In this document: positions 46,899 to 57,190 of the stretch, piece by piece | Numbering within the stretch: position 1 is the stretch's first letter | Layout: each line of letters starts with the position of its first letter | Source of the DNA: a virus | Taxonomy: Duplodnaviria > Caudoviricetes | Reading direction: 5' to 3' (one strand) | Length of the DNA stretch: 60,533 nt | IMG/VR virus record: IMGVR_UViG_3300021959_009735 | Location: 1 to 60,533 of that record | The notes under the pieces: model-generated | Told to the model about the DNA's origin: nothing | Seen by the model: only the letters and a program-made list of their open reading frames with translations | Database searches by the model: none | Program-made: the position numbers and the translations under genes

Positions 46899-47585
46899 TT
46901 ACAACCAGCCTCTTCTCTGAGCTCTTCTTATAAGATTTACCGTTGCTGTCTCTAAAGACTTCTGGGTAGCCATACCTACGGTGGATTGGTCAAACTTCAT
47001 ATCCGGGTTGGTTAAGAAGCCTGTACCTTTCTGGGTAGATTGTCCCAGGCCAGAAGCAACAATGTATTCTCCATTTTCTACGCTAACGAGTCTGATCTGA
47101 AAGCCAACGTTTGTCGTGTTGGTAACTTCAGAGCTTAATCTCTCTACAGATTCGTTTGTAGAAGTGGAGAACTCATAAAGCTCAGCATATACGAAGAATT
47201 TAGGAAGTACGAGAGCACCGGTTTTGAGTTCGGTACCTGCAGCACCGATTCCGGCATCCGAAAGATCCCATTGATCGAGCATCTTGTTTAAGATTTCTTC
47301 TTTTTCTTCTGTATATCTGAAGAAGCCAGTCTCTTCGAAGTTTTCAAGAATACGGTTTGTAAGTCCAAGTCCGACTCTCTTCTCAGCTAGAGCTGGGTAC
47401 TGATCTACGATCTCTTTTGTTACAGAAATGTTCATCACCTGAATCGGTGTTCTTTCTCCTGTATTGTAGTCTAGATCATAGATCGACTGCTGTTTTTCGT
47501 AATCTGCTTGATAATCTTCAACCTGCACTGTAGAAGCACAGCCTGTTAATAGAAACGGAATTAAGAGTAAAATAAGTTTTTTCAT
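46899..47585 (-). CDS. CsgG/HfaB-family lipoprotein
   Basis: Lipobox LTGC; GLTNRILENFEETGFF..E, FVYAELYEF, FQIRLVSVENGEYI..G.G. Confidence 0.75.
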   Translation of the reverse strand: MKKLILLLIPFLLTGCASTVQVEDYQADYEKQQSIYDLDYNTGERTPIQVMNISVTKEIVDQYPALAEKRVGLGLTNRILENFEETGFFRYTEEKEEILNKMLDQWDLSDAGIGAAGTELKTGALVLPKFFVYAELYEFSTSTNESVERLSSEVTNTTNVGFQIRLVSVENGEYIVASGLGQSTQKGTGFLTNPDMKFDQSTVGMATQKSLETATVNLIRRAQRRGWL

Positions 47586-47589
47586 AGGT

Positions 47590-47937
47590 TTAGTTCTTTT
47601 TTCTACGTGCAAGTAATCTATCTTTAGCCGAAGGAGGTGGAGCTGGTTCTTCAACTACCTCTTCCTTCTTTTCTTCTTTAGCAGGCACCTCTACTACTCT
47701 CTCACGAATAATCTGAGGAGGTGGAGCTGTCTGGGTCTGAGTATTATTATTTTCGATTACGATTGTTGGCATAACGGGCTGTTGTACTACCTGTTCGGTT
47801 TGAGCAGGTTCGTCACCGCCGCCAATAAGGTTCTCAAACTGCGTAACGACTACGCCGCCGGCTGCCGTCAAAACAGTTGCAAGAACCCCAATTACGGTTT
47901 TTTTGAGGTCACTTCCTCCGTTTTCTTCTTCGCTCAT
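47590..47937 (-). CDS. membrane-anchored Q/P/E-rich protein
   Basis: Single TM followed by a low-complexity segment. Confidence 0.65.
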   Translation of the reverse strand: MSEEENGGSDLKKTVIGVLATVLTAAGGVVVTQFENLIGGGDEPAQTEQVVQQPVMPTIVIENNNTQTQTAPPPQIIRERVVEVPAKEEKKEEVVEEPAPPPSAKDRLLARRKKN

Positions 47938-47941
47938 TTTT

Positions 47942-49891
47942 CTATTTGATTAAGTGAATTGGTTGTGTGCTAACTGTTGAACCGGCAACCAGTCTAACAA
48001 AGTAAGTTCCGCTTACAAGATTGTCTGCGTCTAATCTTATTCTGTAGACATTTCCGGCCATAACAATACTATCGTAGAGAGTTTTCACTTCTCTACCCAT
48101 GATATCATAAACCTTTACTGTAGCATATTCCGTATTTCCAGCCTCAATCTCTACCGTAGTAGTTGGATTGAATGGGTTCGGGTAGACACTACTAATTTTT
48201 ATGCCCTCTGGAAGGGTATCGTCTCTTTCTGCATTCACGCCTGAAGCATTATTATTTGCAATAAAGACGGCTCCGTTTGCAGAAACCGGGATGTCGTCTC
48301 CGTTAATATCTCCCGCTGTGTTCTTAGATCCGAACTCTAGGGCAGACTGTTGGTCATTTCCTGCAAGTACCTGAAAGTATAATCTAATTAGAATTAAATC
48401 GTCGTTTGTAATAATAGGGAAGTTTCCGCCGCTACCATCCATCCCGCCGTAATCCAAAAATCCGTCACCAGGATTGAAATAAAGCATCCATGAGTTAGAT
48501 AAGACGGGGGAGTCCGCCGACAGGAAAGTTAGAATATCTTTGTCGTACTCTAGTCTTAATCCGAATGAGCTAATATTCTGCTCTTTGGTATTAAAGTAAA
48601 CTGGTACCTCGACAACTGCACCGGGAGCAGCTTCTGTATTAGGAACAAATACGGTAATACTATCCCCGTTAGCAAACATCGAGTTGCTCGAAGAACGCTT
48701 ACCTCCTCCTGGAACCGAACCTCCTAGAGAAGTCTGGTTAACGTCTCCGAGAATGACTGTGTAGAAATCCTCCGTCATATCGCTCTGTCCGTTGTAATTG
48801 GCTAGAACGTATGTCCAGTTTGTCCCCTGAGGTTCGAATCCAAGAGGTCCAACCCCAAGAGCTGTGGTAGTTGTAGAGTCTGAGTCTAGGACGTATTTAA
48901 CTGTTTCCGGTTTTACGATCATAAGATCTCTATATCCGCCCTGGCCTAGAGTAGACCAGTTGGTAAACCTGTTTGCATGATATGCATAGTTTGTATATGC
49001 ATCGGCGATCGTAGATGTATGCGAGTGGTTAACGTCAGAGGCAAGAAGCTGTGTGGACGTGTACGTTGTTTTACCGTTTGCATATAGAAGCTGTTTGTAT
49101 GAGTCTGTTGTTGAGAGAGCATTATCAGAATCGATGTCTTCTGTCTTAAATATAAAAGAGAACTCCGTAGTTCCGTCTACAAAGTAACCGTAGTAGTACT
49201 CATAGTATACCATCTCATAATATCCGGAAGTGTTTGTCTTAGTTGGATTACCTCCTAAAACTGTAGTAATATACGTACTTCCTTTATAAAGCTGATATTC
49301 TAAGTTTGTAATACCTTTTTCGGTAGCAATATCTTTAACGTATCCGTAATACTTTCTATGAGGAATATTGACAGCTCCGCCGTGAGATGTAGATCCAATT
49401 GAGATGTCGGCTCCTTGGGCGTTGGACCCAACAGGAGAGTAGGTACCAAAAGAAAAAGCCGTTATGTTAGCTTCATTACTGTACAGGAGGCTATTATGAA
49501 TATTCTTGAATCTTAAACGAACGATAGAGGTATCCGGGAAGGATGTCGTGGTTGAAGCTCCTGTATATACTACACTGACAAGGACCTCATCGTTTGTGGT
49601 ATCGTCGTTGTATGAAATTGTATAGCTTGATCCTATAAGATTTTCAACTTCGTATACGTTTTCAAAAGTATCTCCATCATACGAAATCTTAAACTGAACC
49701 GAGGTAACGTATCCGGTGTATGCCGAACCGTCAAAATAAACTTCTACTTTTGTAGTATCGTTGAACGGAGATGTATCGTATTCATCCGTTAGAACGACCC
49801 ATGGCTTACTCTGGCCGTTTCCTGAGGTTTGAGCGAGTGCTCCAAGTGGTCCTAGGGTAAGCAGTAGGACAAGGGATAAAAATTTTTTCAC
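47942..49891 (-). CDS. secreted cohesin/dockerin-domain protein with T9SS-type C-terminal sorting domain
   Basis: Signal peptide; cohesin-like VTSVQFKISYD and VEVPVY..ISSFGLRLEYDKDILTF; dockerin-like DNALSTTD and ASDVNHSHTSTIADA; CTD YPNPFNPTT..KVYDIMGREV..SGTYFVRL. Confidence 0.82.
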   Translation of the reverse strand: MKKFLSLVLLLTLGPLGALAQTSGNGQSKPWVVLTDEYDTSPFNDTTKVEVYFDGSAYTGYVTSVQFKISYDGDTFENVYEVENLIGSSYTISYNDDTTNDEVLVSVVYTGASTTTSFPDTSIVRLRFKNIHNSLLYSNEANITAFSFGTYSPVGSNAQGADISIGSTSHGGAVNIPHRKYYGYVKDIATEKGITNLEYQLYKGSTYITTVLGGNPTKTNTSGYYEMVYYEYYYGYFVDGTTEFSFIFKTEDIDSDNALSTTDSYKQLLYANGKTTYTSTQLLASDVNHSHTSTIADAYTNYAYHANRFTNWSTLGQGGYRDLMIVKPETVKYVLDSDSTTTTALGVGPLGFEPQGTNWTYVLANYNGQSDMTEDFYTVILGDVNQTSLGGSVPGGGKRSSSNSMFANGDSITVFVPNTEAAPGAVVEVPVYFNTKEQNISSFGLRLEYDKDILTFLSADSPVLSNSWMLYFNPGDGFLDYGGMDGSGGNFPIITNDDLILIRLYFQVLAGNDQQSALEFGSKNTAGDINGDDIPVSANGAVFIANNNASGVNAERDDTLPEGIKISSVYPNPFNPTTTVEIEAGNTEYATVKVYDIMGREVKTLYDSIVMAGNVYRIRLDADNLVSGTYFVRLVAGSTVSTQPIHLIK

Positions 49892-49989
49892 GTTTGCTAA
49901 TAGTCTATTAAGTGTAACAGGCTATAACTTTTTTAGCAAACCTTTAAGCGAAACTATCAGCTTATAAATAGAGTATATATTCCGACTAA

Positions 49990-51714
49990 TTAGTTTTCTC
50001 TCCTTTCATGTCCTTCGTAGTACTGTATTCTATCATGTTTGATAGGCGAAGCTAGTAGTACTCCTCCTTTAATCTTTTTTCTAAACGTTTCTTGAAAGAT
50101 ATGGGACATCCAGGTCTGTTCAAACGGATGATCGAATCTAGTATCGATAAACATTTTTCTGTTACCCTCCTTAGACACAATCACAGGCCAGTTACAATAG
50201 TATACTTCTCCAACTGCATATCCAAGTCCTTCGTAATTCTCTATCCGATCAAACTTAGTTCTAGGAGCGTTTGGATCTGCGCCTGCTTCTGGTAGCTTGT
50301 CGTAATCTGGCCATATCAGGCTTCTAATGTTTTGAGGTACGTTATACCAACTGGTCTGGATGTTATTATCCCAGAAAAGTTCCGTAAATGACAATTTGAG
50401 AAAATCTAATCCTTCTTTTTCTATAATCGTATGAGCCTTACTGAATAGGTCTTCGATAAACATTCTGAATCCCATTCTGCAGAATTTCCCGCTTTGGTCT
50501 ATACCGTTTACTGTCATATCGTCTTCAAAGAAGATCATATAATCAGCATCTGATTCGTTGAAATGATCTGCGGCGATTTGCCTGCCTCCACATATTCCCG
50601 TATTCTTTTCCTGCCCAAGGTACGTAAATCCTCTCGTTTTGCATATCTTCTCATTAGTTCTCTTAGCGTCTACTTCGTTAGAATTATCTATCACGTAAAC
50701 ATTGGATTTTTCGATCCAATCGGGAGTTTTGTCGAACGACTCTAAGACATGTTCTAGCTGTTCGGGAAAGTTGAACGTTAGTATGTAGGTACTTGTTTTA
50801 AGGTTGGTAAGGCTTTTTCTCTTTTTTGCGTACCTTTTACCAGTAGTCTCTATCTCGTGGTCTGAATCTCCTCTGTTTATTCCCTCTTTGGTAGCAACTG
50901 CAAGCCCGTTCTTTACATTTTCAAAAAAAGTAGATAAAAGGCCATTTTGGTCTATATCAAAATAATCAACCGTCGAACTATGTCGATAAACTAGTATAGA
51001 GAAAATAGATTCCTCCGTACCCATTAATCCTTCACTTAGAGATCTATTAAGATATCCATAGTAGAGATTATTTATTTCCTCTACCGTGTCTTTAGGGCCT
51101 CCAAAAAATCCTCCTCTGGCTACTCTTTTGACAGTTGCTCCAGCATACTCATTTAACTTATCGTACTCAAAACCATGTACCTCTTTATTAGCCTCGTACG
51201 GAAAACAAATGAAGGAAAACTTAGAGACTATGCTTGGTATTTTTTCAAGAACTTTATCGTGGGTAAAATACCCCGGATGCACTGTATTCGCTATACCGGC
51301 GTCAATCCAAAATAGGTACTCTGAGTTGAACTTTTCTAGAATTCTAGCATCGTTAAGAAGAAACATTTTCGACATAACAACCGGATTGTACATATCCAGT
51401 TGTGCCTGGGTTGAGTCTGGAAGCCAGGAAGCTTGATTATACCATTTAGGATCTGTTCTAATTTTTTGAATTCGGTCGTAGAAAGATTCCTTAAACCAGT
51501 CGAGTTTTCTGAGTATGAACTGAGTATTGTGGGGTACTCTTCTCTCTTCTACAAAACTCTTTAGGTGCTCATCTCCAAATATAATAAAATTACAATCTGT
51601 CTCTAGAAGCGAACTTAGACGGTTATAATACTGGTTACGAGAGCGTGCCCAATCTTTCGATAACTCACCTCTACCAATATCCCAAAAACCTGTTACCAGT
51701 GTAACTTTACTCAT
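49990..51714 (-). CDS. HtrL/YibB(WlaTC)-family domain fused to a GT-A domain
   Basis: LVTGFWDIGR, YNPVVMSK, WIDAG, GGFFGG; C-terminal IDNS, FFEDD. Confidence 0.75.
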   Translation of the reverse strand: MSKVTLVTGFWDIGRGELSKDWARSRNQYYNRLSSLLETDCNFIIFGDEHLKSFVEERRVPHNTQFILRKLDWFKESFYDRIQKIRTDPKWYNQASWLPDSTQAQLDMYNPVVMSKMFLLNDARILEKFNSEYLFWIDAGIANTVHPGYFTHDKVLEKIPSIVSKFSFICFPYEANKEVHGFEYDKLNEYAGATVKRVARGGFFGGPKDTVEEINNLYYGYLNRSLSEGLMGTEESIFSILVYRHSSTVDYFDIDQNGLLSTFFENVKNGLAVATKEGINRGDSDHEIETTGKRYAKKRKSLTNLKTSTYILTFNFPEQLEHVLESFDKTPDWIEKSNVYVIDNSNEVDAKRTNEKICKTRGFTYLGQEKNTGICGGRQIAADHFNESDADYMIFFEDDMTVNGIDQSGKFCRMGFRMFIEDLFSKAHTIIEKEGLDFLKLSFTELFWDNNIQTSWYNVPQNIRSLIWPDYDKLPEAGADPNAPRTKFDRIENYEGLGYAVGEVYYCNWPVIVSKEGNRKMFIDTRFDHPFEQTWMSHIFQETFRKKIKGGVLLASPIKHDRIQYYEGHERREN

Positions 51715-52963
51715 CGACGTTTACTTTGATAGATACAACTTCTCTTTTGCCCCACCCTTTAGATTTACTATGAGGCCACACAACCCAGCGGTCAGGAAGT
51801 TCACCTATGAACTCTCTGTAAATTGTGACGAACTCTCCAGATTTTTTAAGTAATCTGTTAATTTCTTTTTCATCAGCATCTTTTCGATATATGGGTGTGC
51901 CGTCTTCTTTTTCGAAAACGACTGCCCAGAAATCATAGTCATCCTCCGGAAAGATACTTTTATGGACATCTAAATAGTGGGCAAACCTCTTAAGGAAAGA
52001 TGCATCGTATTCCTCTTCTGTTTCAAACGTAGGGTTAGGTGGATATTCGAACTCAAGAGTATGTTGCTGGACGCTTCGGTCTTTGAATCTTATCCCAGCA
52101 TATCTTTCGTAATCCTGTATAGTTCGGTCTGTTCCGAGACCATACTTTTCTAGAGGAATAGGAGTACCTGTATCAACTCCTAAAAGTTCTCTCATTTTTT
52201 TATGGGTAGCTTTATTTTTTTCTACCCATTCATTATCGTCCCAGTGCTTAGTTCTACCTTCTCTGGTGTATTCATGCCAGGCAATAATCTTATGTGGATG
52301 GTAGATATCGTATCCGTGCGTATACGATCTAAGCGCTAGAGAAATTTCCTCGCCGTGGAAGTAGTATTCAGGATCATGAGGCACTTCTCTGCAATGAGTT
52401 CCGGATGTAAACGTAAAATGAGCTGAGTAAAATCTCCCAGGAACAGGCTTATCTATTTCGTCCCACTCTTCAATAGTGCCAGGTCTGAAAAATACTACCC
52501 CTTCTGGGGTAAATCTATCGAAATGCATCTTCCAAGGATGTTCGGATCTTCCTAGAGGGTCATTTTTAGGATCGTAAGAAGGGATATAGGCAGTAAGAAG
52601 TGGTTTTTCAACACCATCTTTTCGTAGACCTTCGTACATATTAATTAATTCAGTATCCCAACCTTGGATAAATCTATGGTGAGAATCCAGCTGTAGAGTG
52701 TATTTCTGACCTCTGTACTGCTGTTGAATTAAATTGCGGGCCCAGCAGGCACCCTCTGATTCAGAGTAGGGAATATCTAAAATAATCACTCTTTCATCAT
52801 TAACATATTCATCTAACGTATCCCATTTGTCGTCAGAAGAGTGCTGCCAGGCCACGCAAACTTTAAGATTGTCAGGTTTATCTGCTTTCTCAAACAGATC
52901 TTTTAGAGTTGGCCTGAGTTCAGGGTCTCTATAACTGGCAATCTGTACAAATATTTTACTCAT
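51707..52963 (-). CDS. GlcNAc-transferase (GT60/Gnt1-like)
   Basis: IFVQIASYRDPEL, GACWAR, LQLDSHHRF, FHGEEI. Confidence 0.85.
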   Translation of the reverse strand: MSKIFVQIASYRDPELRPTLKDLFEKADKPDNLKVCVAWQHSSDDKWDTLDEYVNDERVIILDIPYSESEGACWARNLIQQQYRGQKYTLQLDSHHRFIQGWDTELINMYEGLRKDGVEKPLLTAYIPSYDPKNDPLGRSEHPWKMHFDRFTPEGVVFFRPGTIEEWDEIDKPVPGRFYSAHFTFTSGTHCREVPHDPEYYFHGEEISLALRSYTHGYDIYHPHKIIAWHEYTREGRTKHWDDNEWVEKNKATHKKMRELLGVDTGTPIPLEKYGLGTDRTIQDYERYAGIRFKDRSVQQHTLEFEYPPNPTFETEEEYDASFLKRFAHYLDVHKSIFPEDDYDFWAVVFEKEDGTPIYRKDADEKEINRLLKKSGEFVTIYREFIGELPDRWVVWPHSKSKGWGKREVVSIKVNVDE

Positions 52964-53868
52964 AAAAACAGTTTATAGAATGAATCGCTACCTGGGGGTG
53001 CTCCAAGATGGTTAGGTTCATCAGGCTCATCGTGACTCCAGTAATTGAAAGGTAGATATCCCTGATCAGAGAAATTATCCACAAACACTCCAGAAAGTAC
53101 TTCTTCTTCTAAAGATAAGACATCTTCATCAAATAGGCAATCTACAACTTTATTAACTTTTTCACAAAATTCAACTACAGTTTTTTTCCTACCACCGAAC
53201 AATCCTCCAACAATATGAGTTACCTTTTCCTTATCGAAAAAATTCGTCAGCTCCGCTGGGCGATGGTACCAGCCATCTAATCCTAGAAATGTTAAATCTT
53301 TAGAAGTTTTTTTTAAAAGTTTAGGAAAGAAATCAGGGTTACTGATAGAGCTTTTATTCTGTGGCCATAATCTGGTCTCATCTGGTTTAGTATGGAGTTC
53401 CATTCCTCCAAGACTATATGGAATAAGTCCGTGATGAAATAGTCCCCCATCTACCCAGTAGAAGTACTCTGTGTCAAAAAGCCCTTCTTTAATAGTACGG
53501 TCTAAAAACTGTGTCTTAGAAAGACAGATATGATGGTTCCTGTCGTTACGTATATACGGTACACCTTCTATTAAACCTTTCTTATCTATAATGCCTTGTT
53601 TTTCTTTAAGGTTGTAAATACTATTAGAATGCCTATATGTGTTAAGATCGTGTATGATTATTTTATAATTTGTAAAATCATGTATCTTAAAATATTCTTG
53701 AAGTTGTTCACCTGTATGTTTCTCCGTAAATACAACAATATTAGAATTTAAAAAGAGTAGGTTGGTAAACGGTGCCAGATAGTGGTCCCAACTGTAACCT
53801 CTTCCTCCAATCCTAGAATAGGGAGAACAGTTATACAAACAAGTGACTATAGTTGTGTTCTTAGTCAT
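52960..53868 (-). CDS. HtrL/YibB-family protein
   Basis: IVTCLY, LSK, YWVDGG, GGLFGG, EE. Confidence 0.7.
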   Translation of the reverse strand: MTKNTTIVTCLYNCSPYSRIGGRGYSWDHYLAPFTNLLFLNSNIVVFTEKHTGEQLQEYFKIHDFTNYKIIIHDLNTYRHSNSIYNLKEKQGIIDKKGLIEGVPYIRNDRNHHICLSKTQFLDRTIKEGLFDTEYFYWVDGGLFHHGLIPYSLGGMELHTKPDETRLWPQNKSSISNPDFFPKLLKKTSKDLTFLGLDGWYHRPAELTNFFDKEKVTHIVGGLFGGRKKTVVEFCEKVNKVVDCLFDEDVLSLEEEVLSGVFVDNFSDQGYLPFNYWSHDEPDEPNHLGAPPGSDSFYKLFL

Positions 53869-53886
53869 ATAAAAAAGAAGTACCTA

Positions 53887-55740
53887 TTAAACTACTTCAC
53901 ATCCATCGGCTGCACAGGCAAGCTCTCCAGACAAATCTGTATTGTCTGTAAGTTCGACGATCTTGGTTAGATCTACAGCCTTGAGATGTGTAATTAGCTC
54001 ATCGTATGTTTCTTTATCCGTATCTTCGAATGGAGCCTGTTTGTAAGTTCCACCGTGATAGGGAAGTACTGAGAGTCCGTTGAAGGTTTCTCTGTTCTCC
54101 CAAATCCATTTTCCGACCAAATCCCATTCGTCATCTTTAACCGAAATGGTTGCAGAAACATTATGGGTATTTTGACCGTCGATGTGTCCGGGACGGACCC
54201 ACTCTGTATTCCATCTCTTAACTCTTTCGAGGAAGTCTACGACTTCTTCTGTACGAAGAATGGAACCCTCTGGTGCTTTCTGCGGAATAGAAATAACGGC
54301 CTGATCGTGCGGGCGGAAGAATTCATCTTCTACAAGCTCCGGATGGTTATCGGCCAGGTACTGGTAGATCGATTCGTTCTTTCCAACTCTAATTCTACGG
54401 ATGTAGTAGTCGTTATGCCATGCATGAATACCTGAGGAGCTACCGAGAACAAGGCTAGATGTACCGGACGGCTTAACCGTAGTAGTACGTGCTGCAGGAT
54501 TAATCTCTACAATCTCTGCAATTCTCTGATTCTCTTCTTTTACATGCTCGGCTGCTTCTGTAAGGTCAAGATCGGCACATTTATTTGAACCAATACCGGT
54601 CATACCTACTCCGATGAGAGCATCCTTTTCTGTAGTTCTCTTCCAAATGTTTCTCAGGTAGTGGAAGTCTGTATAGGTAGCCTGAAGTGTTCCGATGAAT
54701 GCTGCAGCTCTTGCTCTTGCATTTAGATCTTCCTGATCAACGACTGTAGAAGCATTGATCTCTGTTAGGTTACAAAACTGGTAAGGGCGAAGTCCGATCT
54801 CACAGCATGGGTTTGTACCCCAATCTTTATCGTATGAGAAGTAGAGACCGGGTTCTCCCGAACCACTATTTTTAACTTTCTCCCAAATCTCTAAGAATCT
54901 TTCGTGAGTGATCTTATGACGAAGGATAACAGCGGAGTTATTTGATCTTCCTCTCTGAGCGTTTGTCTCCCACCAGTTTCCAAACTTGCAGGTGAGCATA
55001 TCTTCATCATCGATGGAGAATAAAGAAATGAGAGCAGCGCGGCGGATCCCTCCGGCTAAGACTGCGTCCGCAATGTAGCAGACGATATCGTGTACCTCTA
55101 GGGTTGTTAGTTTATCTCCTACCTCTTTAGCATCCAGTACACTTTTTATATTGTGGATACAGTCTTTGAGGGGCTGTGGACCGGGGGCTTTTCCGCCGCT
55201 TGTTACCAGAATCGCACCTTTTGGGCGAATATCAGAGAAGTCAAAGAGGGGAGTCGACTTGCCTTCAAAGTAAGCACGGAACAATACTTTGATTGCATCG
55301 GCCCAGCCTTCGATAGAATCTCCGATCAAGAAGCGTCTAGTCCTGTCTAGAGGCTTTCTGATTACTGGTAGCTGCTCTACATGATGCTTCTGGACGGAGT
55401 ACCCTACTCCTGTTCCGCCAAGAAGCAAAAACATAATCTCAGGAAATACATCAATATGATCGATGGGTGCATACGCACAATTATATACTCTGTTCGGAGA
55501 AATTTCAATCGGCTTGCCGCCAAACTGAAGAGATCTCATTGAGGGTAGCACTTTCTTATCGTATACAAACTTGTATACTTCTTCGATCTCATCCTTGAGC
55601 TGTGGATGAGTATTTTGGTGCATTTCTTTATTTCGCGTAACAAGTTCATTCCAGTCTTCTCTGCGCTGCAGGTATGGGTTGTACTTTGCGTACTTCATGT
55701 AGACTGTGATGTCCGATAAGATCTGGCTGCTAATTTCCAT
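53887..55740 (-). CDS. nrdJ: class II (B12-dependent) ribonucleotide reductase
   Basis: LPSMRSL, YNC, TNPCCEI, FCNL, VKPSGT, C-terminal CAADGC; no beta subunit in the window. Confidence 0.9.
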   Translation of the reverse strand: MEISSQILSDITVYMKYAKYNPYLQRREDWNELVTRNKEMHQNTHPQLKDEIEEVYKFVYDKKVLPSMRSLQFGGKPIEISPNRVYNCAYAPIDHIDVFPEIMFLLLGGTGVGYSVQKHHVEQLPVIRKPLDRTRRFLIGDSIEGWADAIKVLFRAYFEGKSTPLFDFSDIRPKGAILVTSGGKAPGPQPLKDCIHNIKSVLDAKEVGDKLTTLEVHDIVCYIADAVLAGGIRRAALISLFSIDDEDMLTCKFGNWWETNAQRGRSNNSAVILRHKITHERFLEIWEKVKNSGSGEPGLYFSYDKDWGTNPCCEIGLRPYQFCNLTEINASTVVDQEDLNARARAAAFIGTLQATYTDFHYLRNIWKRTTEKDALIGVGMTGIGSNKCADLDLTEAAEHVKEENQRIAEIVEINPAARTTTVKPSGTSSLVLGSSSGIHAWHNDYYIRRIRVGKNESIYQYLADNHPELVEDEFFRPHDQAVISIPQKAPEGSILRTEEVVDFLERVKRWNTEWVRPGHIDGQNTHNVSATISVKDDEWDLVGKWIWENRETFNGLSVLPYHGGTYKQAPFEDTDKETYDELITHLKAVDLTKIVELTDNTDLSGELACAADGCEVV

Positions 55741-55800
55741 TTAGTATAGTATTATTAAGGTTGCAAATGCTTGATTGGGTTTAATAAATAGAATATATAT

Positions 55801-57153
55801 CTAACCTTGAGCCTGTTCTAGAGAGAAAAATTTTCGTGCTACTTCCTGGTATGGTTTTTCCTCTTTATTCAAGAGATTATCCATATCCATCTCACCTAGA
55901 AGGTTAATATGCCCATTGTTTGTATCCATCTCAAGGTCGTATGTCATACCGTCCATGCCGTATCGATTTTTCATAACATGCATGCGGCCTGTTCCCAGAA
56001 CCTTGTCTTCTTTCTTTCTTGAAAGAGATAGACAGATATCAGCAACCATCATCTTATCGTATGATCCTGCCGCCTTGTCGCCCTCGATCACATCGTCCTT
56101 AGCACCCATACGGTTAACCTGGGAAGGTGTTAGGACTGGTATTTTTAATTCTTTGGCGAGACCTTTAGTTGCGATAAACACATCATCGATCTCATCCTTG
56201 CGTTCGGAAAACTTTCTATTTTTAGAAGGAGCTCTCAGGTAATCTACATAGTCGATAATAATCATATCTGGCTTATGTTCCATGTCAACACATTTTTGAA
56301 CGTGAGCCTTGATAGTGCTGATACCTGCAGATTTAGGAGCATACTCTTTTACGATCAAGCTACCTTTAAGATTGTCTACCTGATAATGAACTTCATCTCG
56401 ATGTTTATTCACAATATCAATACTATGTCCGGTAAAGTAGCAGTCAAAGCGCTTTCCAACGTAGTCTTCTCCTAGCTCTAGAGTATAGTAGTTCACCTTG
56501 AACCCTAGCTTGACCGCATGAGCTGCTGCTGCAACCATGAGCCAGGACTTGCCTGCGCCTGGGTTACCGAACATAATAATGAGGTCTCCAGGTCCCCAAC
56601 CACCTTGGGTTGCTTTATTGACCAAAGGCCAAGGAGACGGTACAGCTGGACGGTAGTCCACTCTATATCGAGACTCAATATCTTTATTATATTCGTGGCC
56701 GATATTTTTATCCATACCGGCTTTCATAGCAGATTCAATACGGGACCGGATAGAATCGTAATCTCCTGCATTGAGAAGCTCGGCACTCTCCAAAAGAGCT
56801 TGCTTAAGTTCCTGATTCTTGCAGAAGGTAGTAAACTCTTCTTCAACATACTCTAGATCATCCTGAGATGCTTGGTAGGAGTTGCGTAACTCTTCTTTGA
56901 CGGCTACTTGAAGTACCTCGTTTTCGATCTTTTGAAGTTCTACCTTGAGAACGTCCATGGTGATCGTAGTATGGTATTTATCAAAGTAGGCGTTTACCTG
57001 CTCAATAATCCATTTATGTGAATCGGAATCGAAATAATCTGGTCTGAGTACATCTCTTACGTTGAGCAAAAAGCCTTTGTCCGTAAGAAGAGCACCTAAT
57101 ACTTTTATCTGAAAACCTTTTCCGTACTGCGTTAATTTTTGCAGAGCTGCCAT
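55801..57153 (-). CDS. DnaB-like replicative helicase
   Basis: GNPGAGKS, TLEL, IIDYVD, SQVNR, KNRYG. Confidence 0.93.
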   Translation of the reverse strand: MAALQKLTQYGKGFQIKVLGALLTDKGFLLNVRDVLRPDYFDSDSHKWIIEQVNAYFDKYHTTITMDVLKVELQKIENEVLQVAVKEELRNSYQASQDDLEYVEEEFTTFCKNQELKQALLESAELLNAGDYDSIRSRIESAMKAGMDKNIGHEYNKDIESRYRVDYRPAVPSPWPLVNKATQGGWGPGDLIIMFGNPGAGKSWLMVAAAAHAVKLGFKVNYYTLELGEDYVGKRFDCYFTGHSIDIVNKHRDEVHYQVDNLKGSLIVKEYAPKSAGISTIKAHVQKCVDMEHKPDMIIIDYVDYLRAPSKNRKFSERKDEIDDVFIATKGLAKELKIPVLTPSQVNRMGAKDDVIEGDKAAGSYDKMMVADICLSLSRKKEDKVLGTGRMHVMKNRYGMDGMTYDLEMDTNNGHINLLGEMDMDNLLNKEEKPYQEVARKFFSLEQAQG

Positions 57154-57190
57154 TTATTTATCCTTTGTTCATAACTTTTAATTTAAAACC

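Noticed and set aside
29541-57153. Inteins or introns in polA, nrdJ or the helicase
   Set aside because: Normal lengths, continuous motifs and no splice-junction signatures
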